DNA of 32,000 bases. Source: Candidatus Electronema halotolerans. GTDB lineage: Bacteria; Desulfobacterota; Desulfobulbia; Desulfobulbales; Desulfobulbaceae. How positions within the stretch are numbered: the stretch's first letter is position 1; each line of letters starts with the position of its first letter. The DNA lies in assembly GCA_942493095.1 (NCBI GenBank), contig OW818675.1, forward strand, positions 780,001-812,000, given 5' to 3'. The notes below the pieces were generated by a model. It searched no databases. It worked only from the letters and a program-made list of their open reading frames with translations, and was not told the DNA's origin. Shown piece by piece: positions 1-9,905 of this stretch. The position numbers and the translations under genes were made by a program.

Positions 1-1100
1 TTTTGGCATTCGATGCCGTACATATTGGCGGTCGGCCCGCCCACGTCATGGATGCGGCCCTTGAAGCCCGGGCTTTCCGCCAGCCGTCGGGCCTCGGCCA
101 AAATTGACTGCCTGCTCCGCCACGTGACAGTGCGGCCCTGATGCACAGCAATGGCGCAGAAGTTGCATTCGCCATAGCAGCCGCGATGCGAGGCGATGGA
201 AAAACGGATGGTCTCCAAGGCGCGCACCTTTCCTTTTTGCCTGTCAAAGGGATGCGCGTCATGCTGATAATCCAAGCTGTGGACCTGATCCAGTTCTGCC
301 TGACTGAGGGGCGGCTGGGGCGGATTATGAATCAGCCAGCGTGAACCGTGCTGCTGGGCCAGTCCCTGCGCGGTGATCGCATCATTGTTGGCATAGAAAA
401 GGCGGAACATTTCGGTAAAGGCCTTTTTCTCCGCAGGCGAGCTGCCAGCAACCTCCTCGTAAGATGGCAAAGTAAGATATGTTTCCGGTTTTGCCTTGGC
501 CGCATAGCAGAGACCGCGAATCTGATGCGCATCTCCACCGTCGCGCAGGGCTTCAGCCAATTCAACCACACTGCGTTCGGCCATGCCATAGAGCAGATAA
601 TCCGCCTTGGCATCAAGGAGAATGGAACGGCGCACCGCATTTGACCACCAGTCATAATGGGCAATGCGGCGCAGGCTGGCCTCAATGCCGCCGAGCACGA
701 TTGGGCAGGTCTTTTTGAAATGGGCGCGGATCAGATTGGCATAAACAAGCACGGCCCGGTCAGGACGGCGGTTGTTGAGACCGCCGGGCGTGTGATCGTC
801 CTGCTTTCGTTTTTTTCCTGAAGCCGTGTAGTTGGCGACCATCGAATCCACGCAGCCGCTGCTCACGCCCCAGAAGAGGCGCGGCTCGCCAAGACGGCGG
901 ATGTCATCGCTGCGCAGGTCTGGCTGGCTGATGATGCCGACCCGGAAGCCTGCCGCCTCCAGCACCCGACCAATCACAGCAGCACCGGCAAAGGGTGAGT
1001 CTATGTATGCGTCGCCATTGACAAGGATGACATCCAAGCCGTCCCAGCCGCGCTGGCGCAGCTCCTGCCGGGTCGTGGGCAGGAAAAGATTTTCAGGCAT
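1..1100 (-). CDS. ygiQ: YgiQ-family (UPF0313) radical SAM protein, N-terminal part; the C-terminus runs off the left edge
   Basis: Hand translation of the minus strand from the ATG at 1100-1098 is open to position 1. It reads MPENLFLPTTRQELRQRGWDGLDVILVNGDAYIDSPFAGAAVIGRVLEAAGFRVGIISQPD... and contains the radical SAM motif CYGECNFC (about 156-179). It is absent from the ORF track because there is no stop inside the window. It overlaps the end of the LptF/G gene by 8 nt. Confidence 0.85.
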   Translation of the reverse strand, partial: MPENLFLPTTRQELRQRGWDGLDVILVNGDAYIDSPFAGAAVIGRVLEAAGFRVGIISQPDLRSDDIRRLGEPRLFWGVSSGCVDSMVANYTASGKKRKQDDHTPGGLNNRRPDRAVLVYANLIRAHFKKTCPIVLGGIEASLRRIAHYDWWSNAVRRSILLDAKADYLLYGMAERSVVELAEALRDGGDAHQIRGLCYAAKAKPETYLTLPSYEEVAGSSPAEKKAFTEMFRLFYANNDAITAQGLAQQHGSRWLIHNPPQPPLSQAELDQVHSLDYQHDAHPFDRQKGKVRALETIRFSIASHRGCYGECNFCAIAVHQGRTVTWRSRQSILAEARRLAESPGFKGRIHDVGGPTANMYGIECQ

Positions 1101-2178
1101 CCTCACGCAGCAGGAGGAAGAGACCGGCAGCAGCCACGGTGAGATGAATGGAAAGGGCTGCGGCCAAGGGATTGAGATAATCCGCCTTGGCCAAGGATTG
1201 CAGAATCGCCCATATTCCCCAGCAGACAAAGGCCATGCCGCAGCTCACCGGCACAGCTAAGGACAGGTCGCGGCCCCATTTTTGATAGACTGTGAGCAGC
1301 AGGGGCAGGCCGAGCAGGAGCAGGGGCAGGCCGAGCAGGATATACGATATTCGGCCATAGAACTGCGCCCAGGCAAGTGCCCGGTCTTCTGGACTCTGCT
1401 TGCCGCGCAGGGCCTCCCGGTACAGCTCCAGCAGGGACAGCTCATAATTGCGATACTGAGGAACGAAAAAATCAGCGGGTTTCTGCGGAAACCTGAAACC
1501 ACGGCTGCTGAAGACTTCACTGCGGAAGCCGCCGCCGTCCTTGGCCACTTGCGCCTGCCCATTAAGTAGAATCCATGCGCCGTTCTGCCAGAAAGCAAGT
1601 TCTGCCGCAACCAAGGTGCGCAGCTCATACTTTTTATTCCACGTGGCGTAGGAAAAAAAAGCAAATTCATTGCTGCGCGGATCAGGGCGGGCAAAGGAGT
1701 AAAAGGTGTCATCGCCCTGATAATAATAGCGGCCATTGCGGTAAATGCCGAGCGGCACCTTGCCCTTGACCTCCTTGTTCCAGATTCGGTTGGTCTGGGC
1801 CGCAGTTTTTGGCAGGACAAACTGGGACAGGGCCATGAGCAGCAGGGTGGCGATGATGCCGCCGCCAATGATCGGCGCAGTGATCTGCTTGAGGGAAACT
1901 CCGCCCGCCTTGAGCGCGGTCAGCTCGTTGGAATGATTGAGCACTCCCAGCGTGACCACTCCGGCCAGCAGAATGCAGACCGGCCCCATCTGCTCGATGA
2001 CAAAGGGAATCGAAAGCAGAAAGAACTTGGCCACCAAGGCCATTGGCTTGCCTTTTTCAAGGAAGTTGTCAATCTTTTCAAAAAAATCGATGAGAATGTA
2101 AATGGCAATGAAGCTGAGGACAAGCAGCAGCATGTTCTTGGCAAACTGCCGGAGGATGTAGCGGCTGAGAATGTTCAA
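1093..2178 (-). CDS. LptF/LptG (YjgP/YjgQ) family LPS export permease
   Basis: 361 aa ORF. The N-terminus MNILSRYILRQFAKNMLLLVLSFIAIYILIDFFEKID and the multi-TM layout with a central periplasmic domain are typical of the YjgP/YjgQ family. Confidence 0.82.
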   Translation of the reverse strand: MNILSRYILRQFAKNMLLLVLSFIAIYILIDFFEKIDNFLEKGKPMALVAKFFLLSIPFVIEQMGPVCILLAGVVTLGVLNHSNELTALKAGGVSLKQITAPIIGGGIIATLLLMALSQFVLPKTAAQTNRIWNKEVKGKVPLGIYRNGRYYYQGDDTFYSFARPDPRSNEFAFFSYATWNKKYELRTLVAAELAFWQNGAWILLNGQAQVAKDGGGFRSEVFSSRGFRFPQKPADFFVPQYRNYELSLLELYREALRGKQSPEDRALAWAQFYGRISYILLGLPLLLLGLPLLLTVYQKWGRDLSLAVPVSCGMAFVCWGIWAILQSLAKADYLNPLAAALSIHLTVAAAGLFLLLREDA

Positions 2179-2232
2179 GGGTCGATGGACGGGTAATTTT
2201 TTCTTGCAAGATGCTGCTGTAAAAATTACCCT

Positions 2233-3837
2233 TTGCAGACTGTTCCGTCAAGCAATACCCGGAGAAGACGTTTGCTGCCCTCAGTTCCCCTGAGCACTGC
2301 TGTGCCAGTCAAGGCTGTGCCGCCCAGCCTTGCCGACAACACCGCTGATCTTGACCGGCTCAAGCTGGCCGTGGCTGCTGCCCTGCTGCCGCCATTGGCC
2401 GGACAGCCGCTGCATGTCCCTTTTGCCTGCATGGCCGTGCTGGCAGCCAAGTTCCGCGCTACCGGATTTGCAGGCTGGGCGATTGTGCAGGTGCTGCCGG
2501 AGCGGCTGGAGCTGATTGATTTTCTCCCGGAAAAACCAGTCCGACTGCTCGGCGCGGCCTTGGATTTAGGCTCCACCCATCTTGAAGCGAGCCTGCTTGA
2601 TCTGCTCACTGGCAAGGTGCTGGCCCGCCGCACGGCCCTGAATCAGCAAGTTAAATATGGAACCGACATCCTCAGCCGCATTCATTTTGCGGATAAGGAA
2701 GAGGGGCAAAATGTGCTCCAACAGGCCGCAGTCCGTTCCATCAGCGGCCTGCTCGACCAGCTCTGCCAAGAAGCTGCGGCCCAGCCAGAGGAAATCATTG
2801 CTCTGACTGCCGCAGGCAACACGACAATGGTGCATCTGCTCCTCGGCCTCAGCCCGCACCATCTCTGCCGGGAGCCATACATTCCCTTGGTCAACAGCCC
2901 TGACCCGCTGCCAGCCGCAGCAATCGGCCTGCGCCTCCATCCACAGGCCCGGCTCTGGCTCCTGCCCAGCCGGGGCAGCTATTTTGGCGGCGACCTGATT
3001 GCAGGCATTCTCGCGGTCGGGCTGGATCAGGCTGAGGAAATAGAAATGCTGATTGATGTCGGCACCAATGCCGAGGTGGTCTTGGGCAGCCGCGACTGGC
3101 TGATCGCCTGCGCCGGGGCAGCTGGCCCGGCCTTGGAAGGCGGAGTGGCGCGGATGGGCATGCGGGCCGCGCCCGGAGCCATTGAGCAGGTGACAATTGA
3201 CCGGGAAAACTGGCAGCTTGCTTGGCACAGCATTGCCGCCGCGCCGCCGACCGGCCTCTGCGGCTCCGGCCTTATCGACTTGGCCGCAGAACTGTATTTA
3301 GCCCGGATTATCGACCTGCGCGGCAAGTTTCAGCGTGAAATCAAGGGCCAGAGCGCGGCCCGGCAGGCCTTTGTTCAAGAACACCTGCTGGAGCGGGACG
3401 GAGAAACGATTTTTGCAGTCACTGACAGCGTGGCGGTCAGCCAGACGGACATTGATGCCATGATGCGCTCCAAAGCAGCCATGTATTCGATCTTAGAGAC
3501 TATATGCAGCCAAGTCGGGCTGAATTTTGAGGAGCTGACCCGGATTCATATTGCCGGAGCTTTTGGCAAGCATATCAATCCGCGCCAAGCTGTCACCTTG
3601 GGCATGCTGCCAGACCTGCCGCTCTCAGTGTTTCAGCCTGCGGGCAACACCGCCTTGCACGGGGCGGAAATGCTCCTTCTTGACCATGCGCTCTGGGAAC
3701 AGGCCAAGGCAGTCTGCCGCAAAATCACCTACGTGGAATTGAATGTCAATCAGGAATTCATGCTCTGTTTTTCAGGCTCACGCTTCATTCCTCACACTGA
3801 TCCAGTCCGTTTTCCCTCAGTGCCGCATTTTCGTTGA
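2233..3837 (+). CDS. ASKHA-fold DUF4445 protein (RACo-like corrinoid-activase ATPase domain) with no recognisable Fe-S domain
   Basis: 534 aa ORF with a TTG start. It has acetate/sugar-kinase-like phosphate motifs (LGAALDLGSTHLEASLLD; LIDVGTNAEVVLG; ACAGAAGPALEGG; GLCGSGLIDL). The start codon is uncertain. Confidence 0.6.
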   Translation: MQTVPSSNTRRRRLLPSVPLSTAVPVKAVPPSLADNTADLDRLKLAVAAALLPPLAGQPLHVPFACMAVLAAKFRATGFAGWAIVQVLPERLELIDFLPEKPVRLLGAALDLGSTHLEASLLDLLTGKVLARRTALNQQVKYGTDILSRIHFADKEEGQNVLQQAAVRSISGLLDQLCQEAAAQPEEIIALTAAGNTTMVHLLLGLSPHHLCREPYIPLVNSPDPLPAAAIGLRLHPQARLWLLPSRGSYFGGDLIAGILAVGLDQAEEIEMLIDVGTNAEVVLGSRDWLIACAGAAGPALEGGVARMGMRAAPGAIEQVTIDRENWQLAWHSIAAAPPTGLCGSGLIDLAAELYLARIIDLRGKFQREIKGQSAARQAFVQEHLLERDGETIFAVTDSVAVSQTDIDAMMRSKAAMYSILETICSQVGLNFEELTRIHIAGAFGKHINPRQAVTLGMLPDLPLSVFQPAGNTALHGAEMLLLDHALWEQAKAVCRKITYVELNVNQEFMLCFSGSRFIPHTDPVRFPSVPHFR

Positions 3838-3885
3838 GCAAAAGTCTGCTTGCATTTTTTTTTCTCCCTGTGCTAAGATAGAGTA

Positions 3886-4974
3886 TTGACCTGTCTTCAG
3901 ATAGAGCGCATTATTTCAAAACAAACCCTTGCAGGTGCCTCCTTGAAGCAGACACGATTGGAAAAAATTGCTGACACCGTCACCCGCAGTTCAAACCGCA
4001 ACTCCGCTCTCAACCGGCTGAACGGCTTTTATCAGCTTTTTGAAAAGACGGACGAGGTGTTGATTGTGATTGTCGCTGATCCTGACTCGTTGGCCAGCGC
4101 AATGGCGGTCAAACGGCTGCTCAGTTATCGGGTCGGCAGTGTGGTCATTGGCTATCCCAATGAAATCAGGCGGCTGAACAACATGACTATGGTCGAGCGG
4201 CTGAAAATTCCCATTGAACGCCTGCACACCCTCCAAGTCAATGACTATTCTAAGAAAATCATCCTTGACTCCCAGCCCACCCATCAGCCCTGCTTTGAAA
4301 AAATTCAGTTTGACGCCGTGATTGACCATCATCCGGTCACGCAGGGCTGGGATGCGAAATTCATTGATATCCGTCCTGATTACGGGGCAGTGTCCTCAAT
4401 GATGGTGGAGTATCTGCGCGCCGCCAATATCAGGCCCTCGGTTTCCTTGGCCACGGCCCTGTATTACGGCATCAAGGTTGACACCCAGAATTTTGAAAAG
4501 AAAAACATGCAGCTCGCTGACGGCATCTCGTTCCGCTATGTCTTCAGCCTTGCCAATCGCAACTTGGTGCGCAAATTCGAGCTGACTGAGCTGCGCCGCT
4601 CTGAGCTGAAATACTTCCGCATCGCCCTCAAGGAAGTCAAATTGAGCAAAGGCCGGGCTTATGCCCACATAGGCAAGGTCGGCACCCCGGACGTGCTGGT
4701 GATTATTGCTGATTTCCTTAATCATGTTGACAAATTCGACTGGGTGCTGGTTTCCGGCATCTACAGTGACAAGCTGATCATCATCCTCCGCTGCGACGGC
4801 TACCGCAAACATGCGGGCAAATTCGCGCTGAAGACTTTTGCCGAATACGGCTCCGCAGGCGGCCACCGGGAAGCGGCGCGGGCCGAACTGCCTCTGAAAA
4901 ATCTGCCGCCCCGGCGCGAGGGCCAGGACTTCACCACCGCCGCTCTGATGAAAATCGCCACCCGGCATCTGTAG
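3886..4974 (+). CDS. DHH/DHHA1 family phosphoesterase (NrnA-like nanoRNase/pAp phosphatase)
   Basis: Motifs seen: IVIVADPDSLASAMA (DxD), AVIDHHP (DHH), GIKVDTQNF and AGGHREAA (the DHHA1 GGGH-type motif). The start is uncertain; an alternative TTG at 3943 is preceded by AGGTG. Confidence 0.8.
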   Translation: MTCLQIERIISKQTLAGASLKQTRLEKIADTVTRSSNRNSALNRLNGFYQLFEKTDEVLIVIVADPDSLASAMAVKRLLSYRVGSVVIGYPNEIRRLNNMTMVERLKIPIERLHTLQVNDYSKKIILDSQPTHQPCFEKIQFDAVIDHHPVTQGWDAKFIDIRPDYGAVSSMMVEYLRAANIRPSVSLATALYYGIKVDTQNFEKKNMQLADGISFRYVFSLANRNLVRKFELTELRRSELKYFRIALKEVKLSKGRAYAHIGKVGTPDVLVIIADFLNHVDKFDWVLVSGIYSDKLIIILRCDGYRKHAGKFALKTFAEYGSAGGHREAARAELPLKNLPPRREGQDFTTAALMKIATRHL

Positions 4975-4984
4975 CTTTCCCGCC

Positions 4985-5012
4985 TTGTCTTTTCTGTTGA
5001 ACAGGGTATAAT
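4985..5012 (+). promoter_or_regulatory. Candidate sigma70 promoter for the glgC pair (TTGTCT, 16 nt spacer, TATAAT)
   Basis: A perfect TATAAT at 5007-5012 lies 16 nt downstream of TTGTCT at 4985-4990, in the DHH-glgC intergenic region. Sequence pattern only. Confidence 0.4.
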
Positions 5013-5105
5013 CCAATTGCGGAGCAGCGGCTTTTTTGCGCATTTCTGCCGGGTTTCCGCTGAACATCATTTCTTTGTCCAAAGCGATTGCGGAGACTAT
5101 TTTCT

Positions 5106-6347
5106 ATGGCAATGCCTTCCACATTGGCGATGATTCTGGCCGGGGGCCGTGTTGACGAACTGGGTGTGCTCACCCATTACCGTCCCAAATCCGCTGTCCC
5201 GTTCGGCGGCTTCGCCAGAGTGATCGACTTCCCGTTAAGCAACTTGATGCGCTCTGGCATTGAGCGCGTCGCCATTCTCAGCCAGTACCGGTCGTACTCG
5301 CTCATCAACCACATCGGCACGGGCGCGGCTTGGGACATGATTGGCCGCAACCGGGGCATCTTCATCCTGCCGCCGTTCAAGGATTACGAAAATCCGCACT
5401 GGTACCGGGGATCAGCGGACGCAGTCTATCAGAACCTTGATTTTGTCCGCCACCATAAGCCGGAGGAGATTCTCATTCTCTCTGGCGATCATATTTATGC
5501 AATGGATTACCGGCAGCTGATTCGGTTTCATAACGAGCAGGACGCTGATTTGACTGCCGCCTTCATCCGGGTGGAGAAAATAAGTTCAGCCCGCCGCTTT
5601 GGCGTGGCCGAGATTGCTGATGATCATGCTGAGGGCGGACGGTTGCTCTCCTATGAGGAAAAACCAGCGGCGCCAAAAGGCGAATGGGCCTCGCTGACCG
5701 TGCTCTGCTTCCGGCCCCAAGTCCTGACAGCGGTGCTCAAGGAGAACCAAGCCTCATCGTCTTATGAATTTGGCCGCGACATCATCCCGATGATGATGGA
5801 ACAGGGCATGAAAGTTTTTGGCTATAAATTCAACGGCTACTGGGGCTACAGCCGGACTGTGGATGAATACTGGCGCACCTCCATGGACCTGCTCGGCGAC
5901 AAGCCGCTGATTGACATGGAACAATGGGGCATCCGCACCAATCTGGAGCATCGCGGCATCCGCGACTGTCAGCCGCTGCAAGTGGGAAAAGATGGCCTCA
6001 TGGACAACTCAATGGCCTATAACGGCTGCATTGTTGAAGGCAAGGTGCGGAATTCGATTCTCTTTCCCGGTGTGCGGGTGGCCAAGGGCGCGGAAGTCAG
6101 CAACTCAATCCTTTTTTTCAACAACGTGGTCAAGGAAGACAGCAAACTGGAGCGGGTGATCAGCGATGTCAACACCACTTTTGGCAGCCAAGTGCGGATC
6201 GGCACTGCTCAAGGCCGGGTGACTGTGATTGGCTGGAACAATCAGGTGCCAGACGGCATGGTCATTGGCGGCGGCTGCACGGTTGCCCCGGAAATACCTG
6301 ACAACGGCTGGCCGCAGGCTCTGGCTGATCTGGAGGAGCTGCGATGA
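5106..6347 (+). CDS. Glucose-1-phosphate adenylyltransferase family paralog with a degenerate Gly-rich loop (possible GlgD-like, non-catalytic subunit)
   Basis: The N-terminus reads MAMPSTLAMILAGGRVDELGVLTHYRPKSAVPFGGFARVIDFPLSN. The fold motifs are conserved (SGDHIY, C-terminal left-handed beta-helix region), but GGRVDEL replaces the canonical GGxGxRL. The start was moved to the first ATG (the track gives a TTG at 5088). Confidence 0.78.
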   Translation: MAMPSTLAMILAGGRVDELGVLTHYRPKSAVPFGGFARVIDFPLSNLMRSGIERVAILSQYRSYSLINHIGTGAAWDMIGRNRGIFILPPFKDYENPHWYRGSADAVYQNLDFVRHHKPEEILILSGDHIYAMDYRQLIRFHNEQDADLTAAFIRVEKISSARRFGVAEIADDHAEGGRLLSYEEKPAAPKGEWASLTVLCFRPQVLTAVLKENQASSSYEFGRDIIPMMMEQGMKVFGYKFNGYWGYSRTVDEYWRTSMDLLGDKPLIDMEQWGIRTNLEHRGIRDCQPLQVGKDGLMDNSMAYNGCIVEGKVRNSILFPGVRVAKGAEVSNSILFFNNVVKEDSKLERVISDVNTTFGSQVRIGTAQGRVTVIGWNNQVPDGMVIGGGCTVAPEIPDNGWPQALADLEELR

Positions 6348-7627
6348 GAGATATAAACGACGCATTGGTGCTGCTGCTGGCAGGCGGAATCGGCAGCCGC
6401 CTGAATATTTTGGTTGGTCATCGGGCCAAACCAGCAGTGCCTTTTGGCGGCCTGTACCGGATCATTGACTTTTCCCTCTCCAATGTGATGAACGCCGGTC
6501 TGAGCAAGGTCGGGGTGCTGACCCAGTACAAGCCGCTCTCGCTGATGCGGCACATCCGCAACGGCCAGCCGTGGGATTTCACCGGGCGGACGCGGGGCGT
6601 GGAAATCCTGCCGCCGCGCACTGGCGAAAAAGATTCAGACTGGTACAAGGGCACCGCCGACGCGATCCGGCAGAATATTGACTTCATCAAAGCCAATCCT
6701 TCCGAGCAGGTGGTCATTCTTTCCGGTGATCATATTTACCGGATGGATCTCAATGACATGATCGCCTGCCACCGGGCGAAAAAGGCGGGCATCACCATTG
6801 GCATGATGGTGGTGCCAATGAGCGAGATTCACCAGTTCGGGGCCGGCATTGTTGACGAGGAAAACCGAATTGTTGACTGGGAGGAAAAGCCCAAGGTGGC
6901 CCGCACCAATCTCGCCTCAATGGGCATTTATGTCTTTGACACCGAATATTTGCTCGCCATGCTGGCCCGCGACCGCAAGGAAATTGACTTTGGCATGCAC
7001 ATCATTCCCAAAGCGATTGAGGAGCGGCAGGTCTTTGCTTATCCCTTTTACGGCTACTGGCGTGATGTCGGCACCATTCAGGCCTACTGGGATGCGAACA
7101 TGGACATCATCCGCCCGGATTCCGGCATCTCGCCGGAGGAATGGGGCATCCGTCCCAATGCCGAGAGCAGTCGCCGGACTATGGACCGCGCCCCGGCCCG
7201 TTTCGCTGCTGGCTGCACAGTTCAGTCCTCGCTGATCAGCGCAGGCTGCGTGATTGAGGGCACAGTGATCAATTCCGTGCTCTCGCCTGGGGTGACAGTG
7301 CAAAAAGGGGCAGTGGTCCGTGATTCGGTCATTTTTGAAGATGCGCTGATTGAGGCGGATGCAGTCGTTGATCTGGTGGTTGCGGACAAGCGGGTGCAGA
7401 TCGGCAAAGGCGCAGTCGTCGGTTTCGGCGATGCGGCAGCGAAAAAAATCAAGAACAAGGACTTTCCCACCCATCTCTACAGCGGCATCACCCTGCTTGG
7501 CAAGGAGGCCCGGATTCCTGCTGGCCTCAAGATCGGCAGAAACTGCATTTTCCAGGCCGGCTGGGGCCGAAACGAGGCAGTCTTGCCGGAAGATGCAGGC
7601 CACGGGGCAGTTTTTTCTGCTGCCTGA
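6344..7627 (+). CDS. glgC: Glucose-1-phosphate adenylyltransferase
   Basis: Motifs LLLAGGIGSRLNILVGHRAKPAVPFGG, YRIIDFSLSNVMNAG and ILSGDHIYRMD. There is a 4-nt overlap with the upstream paralog. Confidence 0.85.
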   Translation: MRDINDALVLLLAGGIGSRLNILVGHRAKPAVPFGGLYRIIDFSLSNVMNAGLSKVGVLTQYKPLSLMRHIRNGQPWDFTGRTRGVEILPPRTGEKDSDWYKGTADAIRQNIDFIKANPSEQVVILSGDHIYRMDLNDMIACHRAKKAGITIGMMVVPMSEIHQFGAGIVDEENRIVDWEEKPKVARTNLASMGIYVFDTEYLLAMLARDRKEIDFGMHIIPKAIEERQVFAYPFYGYWRDVGTIQAYWDANMDIIRPDSGISPEEWGIRPNAESSRRTMDRAPARFAAGCTVQSSLISAGCVIEGTVINSVLSPGVTVQKGAVVRDSVIFEDALIEADAVVDLVVADKRVQIGKGAVVGFGDAAAKKIKNKDFPTHLYSGITLLGKEARIPAGLKIGRNCIFQAGWGRNEAVLPEDAGHGAVFSAA

Positions 7628-7694
7628 TGCGGAAAGGCTTGCCTTTGTCCTTTGCTTTCAGTAGAATCCTGCCGTGTCTGAGAGCAATGTTCAT

Positions 7695-7771
7695 GCGCCC
7701 GTAGCTCAGTAGGATAGAGCACCAGATTCCTAATCTGGGTGCCGCAGGTTCGACTCCTGCCGGGCGCACCA
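7695..7771 (+). tRNA. tRNA-Arg (anticodon CCT), CCA encoded
   Basis: Hand-folded cloverleaf: acceptor GCGCCCG/CGGGCGC, D arm GCTC..GAGC, anticodon stem CCAGA/TCTGG with loop TTCCTAA, T arm GCAGG-TTCGACT-CCTGC, then ACCA. Confidence 0.9.
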
Positions 7772-7850
7772 TCTCACACCCTGCGCAGTTCCATCCCTTC
7801 CGTCCTTTTTACTGACGTATTTTTTCAACATATCAGGATAACAATTTATT

Positions 7851-8813
7851 ATGAAAGCTGTGCCGCAAAAAAAACGGATAGTAGTCACCGGCGGAGCTGG
7901 TTTTCTCGGTTCGCATCTCTGCGAGCGGCTGCTGGCTGAAGGGCAGGAAGTGATCTGTCTCGACAACTTCTTCACCGGCGGCAAGCAGAACATTGTTCAT
8001 CTGCTTGACAATCCCTATTTCGAGCTGATCCGCCACGATGTGACCTTGCCGCTTTATATCGAGGTGGATGAAATCTACAACCTCGCCTGCCCGGCCTCGC
8101 CCATTCATTATCAGTACGATCCGGTGCAGACCACCAAAACCTCGGTGCATGGGGCAATCAACATGCTGGGGCTGGCCAAGCGGGTCAGGGCCAAGATTTT
8201 TCAGGCTTCCACCTCTGAGGTTTATGGTGATCCGCAGGTGCATCCGCAGCCGGAATCCTACTGGGGGAATGTCAATCCCAATGGCCTGCGCTCCTGTTAT
8301 GACGAGGGCAAGCGCTGCGCTGAAACGCTCTTTTTTGACTACCATCGCCAGCACAGGCTGCGGATCAAAGTCGCCCGGATTTTCAACACCTACGGCCCGC
8401 GCATGCACCCCAATGACGGACGGGTGGTGTCCAATTTCATTGTTCAAGCCCTGCAGGGCCAGCCGATAACCATTTACGGCGACGGCTCCCAGACCCGCTC
8501 CTTCTGCTATGTGGATGATTTGATTGAAGCCTTCATCCGCCTGATGAACACGGATGATGACTTCACCGGCCCGGTCAACACCGGCAATCCGGGCGAGTTC
8601 ACCATCCTGCAACTGGCAGAAACCGTGCTGGAGCTGACCGGCTCCAAATCGGAATTGGTCTTCAAGTCCTTGCCGCAGGATGATCCCAAACAGCGGCGGC
8701 CTGACATCACCTTGGCCAAGGAAAAACTCGGCTGGGAGCCTAAGATTTCCCTCCGCGAAGGACTGATTCCAACCATCACCTATTTTGATAATTTTCTGAA
8801 AGGACAGCCGTGA
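7851..8813 (+). CDS. UDP-glucuronate decarboxylase (UDP-xylose synthase-like SDR)
   Basis: Motifs [20 protein letters not shown], the YDEGKR catalytic YxxxK region and [16 protein letters not shown]. Confidence 0.85.
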   Translation: MKAVPQKKRIVVTGGAGFLGSHLCERLLAEGQEVICLDNFFTGGKQNIVHLLDNPYFELIRHDVTLPLYIEVDEIYNLACPASPIHYQYDPVQTTKTSVHGAINMLGLAKRVRAKIFQASTSEVYGDPQVHPQPESYWGNVNPNGLRSCYDEGKRCAETLFFDYHRQHRLRIKVARIFNTYGPRMHPNDGRVVSNFIVQALQGQPITIYGDGSQTRSFCYVDDLIEAFIRLMNTDDDFTGPVNTGNPGEFTILQLAETVLELTGSKSELVFKSLPQDDPKQRRPDITLAKEKLGWEPKISLREGLIPTITYFDNFLKGQP

Positions 8814-9895
8814 AAACAGCTCTGATCACCGGCATCACCGGTCAGGACGGTGCCTATTTGGCCGAATTTCTTTTAAGCAAAGGCTACATGGTGCATGGCA
8901 TCAAACGCCGGGCCTCGCTCTTCAACACCGACCGGGTCGATCATCTTTACCAAGACCCGCATGAGGAAGATGTCCGCTTCCAGCTCCATCACGGCGACCT
9001 GACGGATTCCACCAATCTGATCAGAATCATGCAGGAAGTGCAGCCAGATGAAATTTACAATCTGGCGGCGCAGAGTCATGTGGCGGTGTCGTTCGAGACC
9101 CCGGAATACACGGCTAACAGCGATGCCCTTGGCACCTTGCGTCTGTTGGAGGCCATCCGCATTCTTGGTTTGGAGCGCAAGAGCCGCTTCTATCAGGCTT
9201 CGACCTCGGAGCTGTTCGGCAAGGTGCAGGAGATTCCCCAGACGGAAAAAACGCCGTTTTATCCGCGTTCTCCGTATGGAGTGGCCAAGCTCTATTCGTA
9301 CTGGATCACGGTCAATTACCGGGAAGCCTATAATATTTATTGCTGCAACGGCATTCTTTTCAACCACGAGTCACCTGTCCGGGGCGAGACCTTTGTCACC
9401 CGCAAGATCACCAGAGCCTTGGCCCGGATCAAGCTCGGCTTGCAGGAAACGCTCTTTCTCGGCAATCTTGATGCCAAGCGCGACTGGGGTCATGCCAAGG
9501 ATTACGTGCGGATGCAGTGGCTGATGCTCCAGCAGGATGAGCCGGAGGATTTTGTCATTGCCACCGGGGTGCAGCATTCGGTGCGGGAATTTGTCGAAAT
9601 TGCCGCCGCTGAACTGGGAATGGCCGTTGCTTGGCAGGGCGGGGGCGTTGAAGAGGTCGGCATTGAGCAGCAGAGCGGCAAGGTCATTGTCCGCATTGAT
9701 CCGCGCTATTTCCGTCCGACTGAGGTCGAGACCCTGCTCGGCGACCCGTCCAAGGCCAAGGAAAAATTAGGCTGGGAGCCGAAGATCACTTTTGCCCAGC
9801 TTGTGCAGGAAATGGTCAGAGAGGATTTGAAGATTGCCGAGCGTGATCAGATTGTCCGGCAGAAAGGGTATAAGGCGTATAATTATTTTGAGTAA
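8810..9895 (+). CDS. gmd: GDP-mannose 4,6-dehydratase
   Basis: Motifs [43 protein letters not shown] and [17 protein letters not shown]. Confidence 0.92.
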   Translation: MKTALITGITGQDGAYLAEFLLSKGYMVHGIKRRASLFNTDRVDHLYQDPHEEDVRFQLHHGDLTDSTNLIRIMQEVQPDEIYNLAAQSHVAVSFETPEYTANSDALGTLRLLEAIRILGLERKSRFYQASTSELFGKVQEIPQTEKTPFYPRSPYGVAKLYSYWITVNYREAYNIYCCNGILFNHESPVRGETFVTRKITRALARIKLGLQETLFLGNLDAKRDWGHAKDYVRMQWLMLQQDEPEDFVIATGVQHSVREFVEIAAAELGMAVAWQGGGVEEVGIEQQSGKVIVRIDPRYFRPTEVETLLGDPSKAKEKLGWEPKITFAQLVQEMVREDLKIAERDQIVRQKGYKAYNYFE

Positions 9896-9905
9896 CAGCT
9901 GCGTT

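Noticed and set aside
141-1260. Several 60-140-aa ORFs in the first 1.2 kb: 141-344 +, 332-685 -, 348-644 +, 479-718 +, 832-1260 +.
   Set aside because: All are off-frame or antisense relative to the long open YgiQ frame, which carries the CxxxCxxC radical SAM motif.
7477-7993. Minus-strand ORFs 7477-7722, 7527-7772 and 7730-7993 around the tRNA.
   Set aside because: They overlap the tRNA-Arg gene or its flanks and the 5' end of the UXS gene. Their translations are simply the tRNA sequence read as protein.
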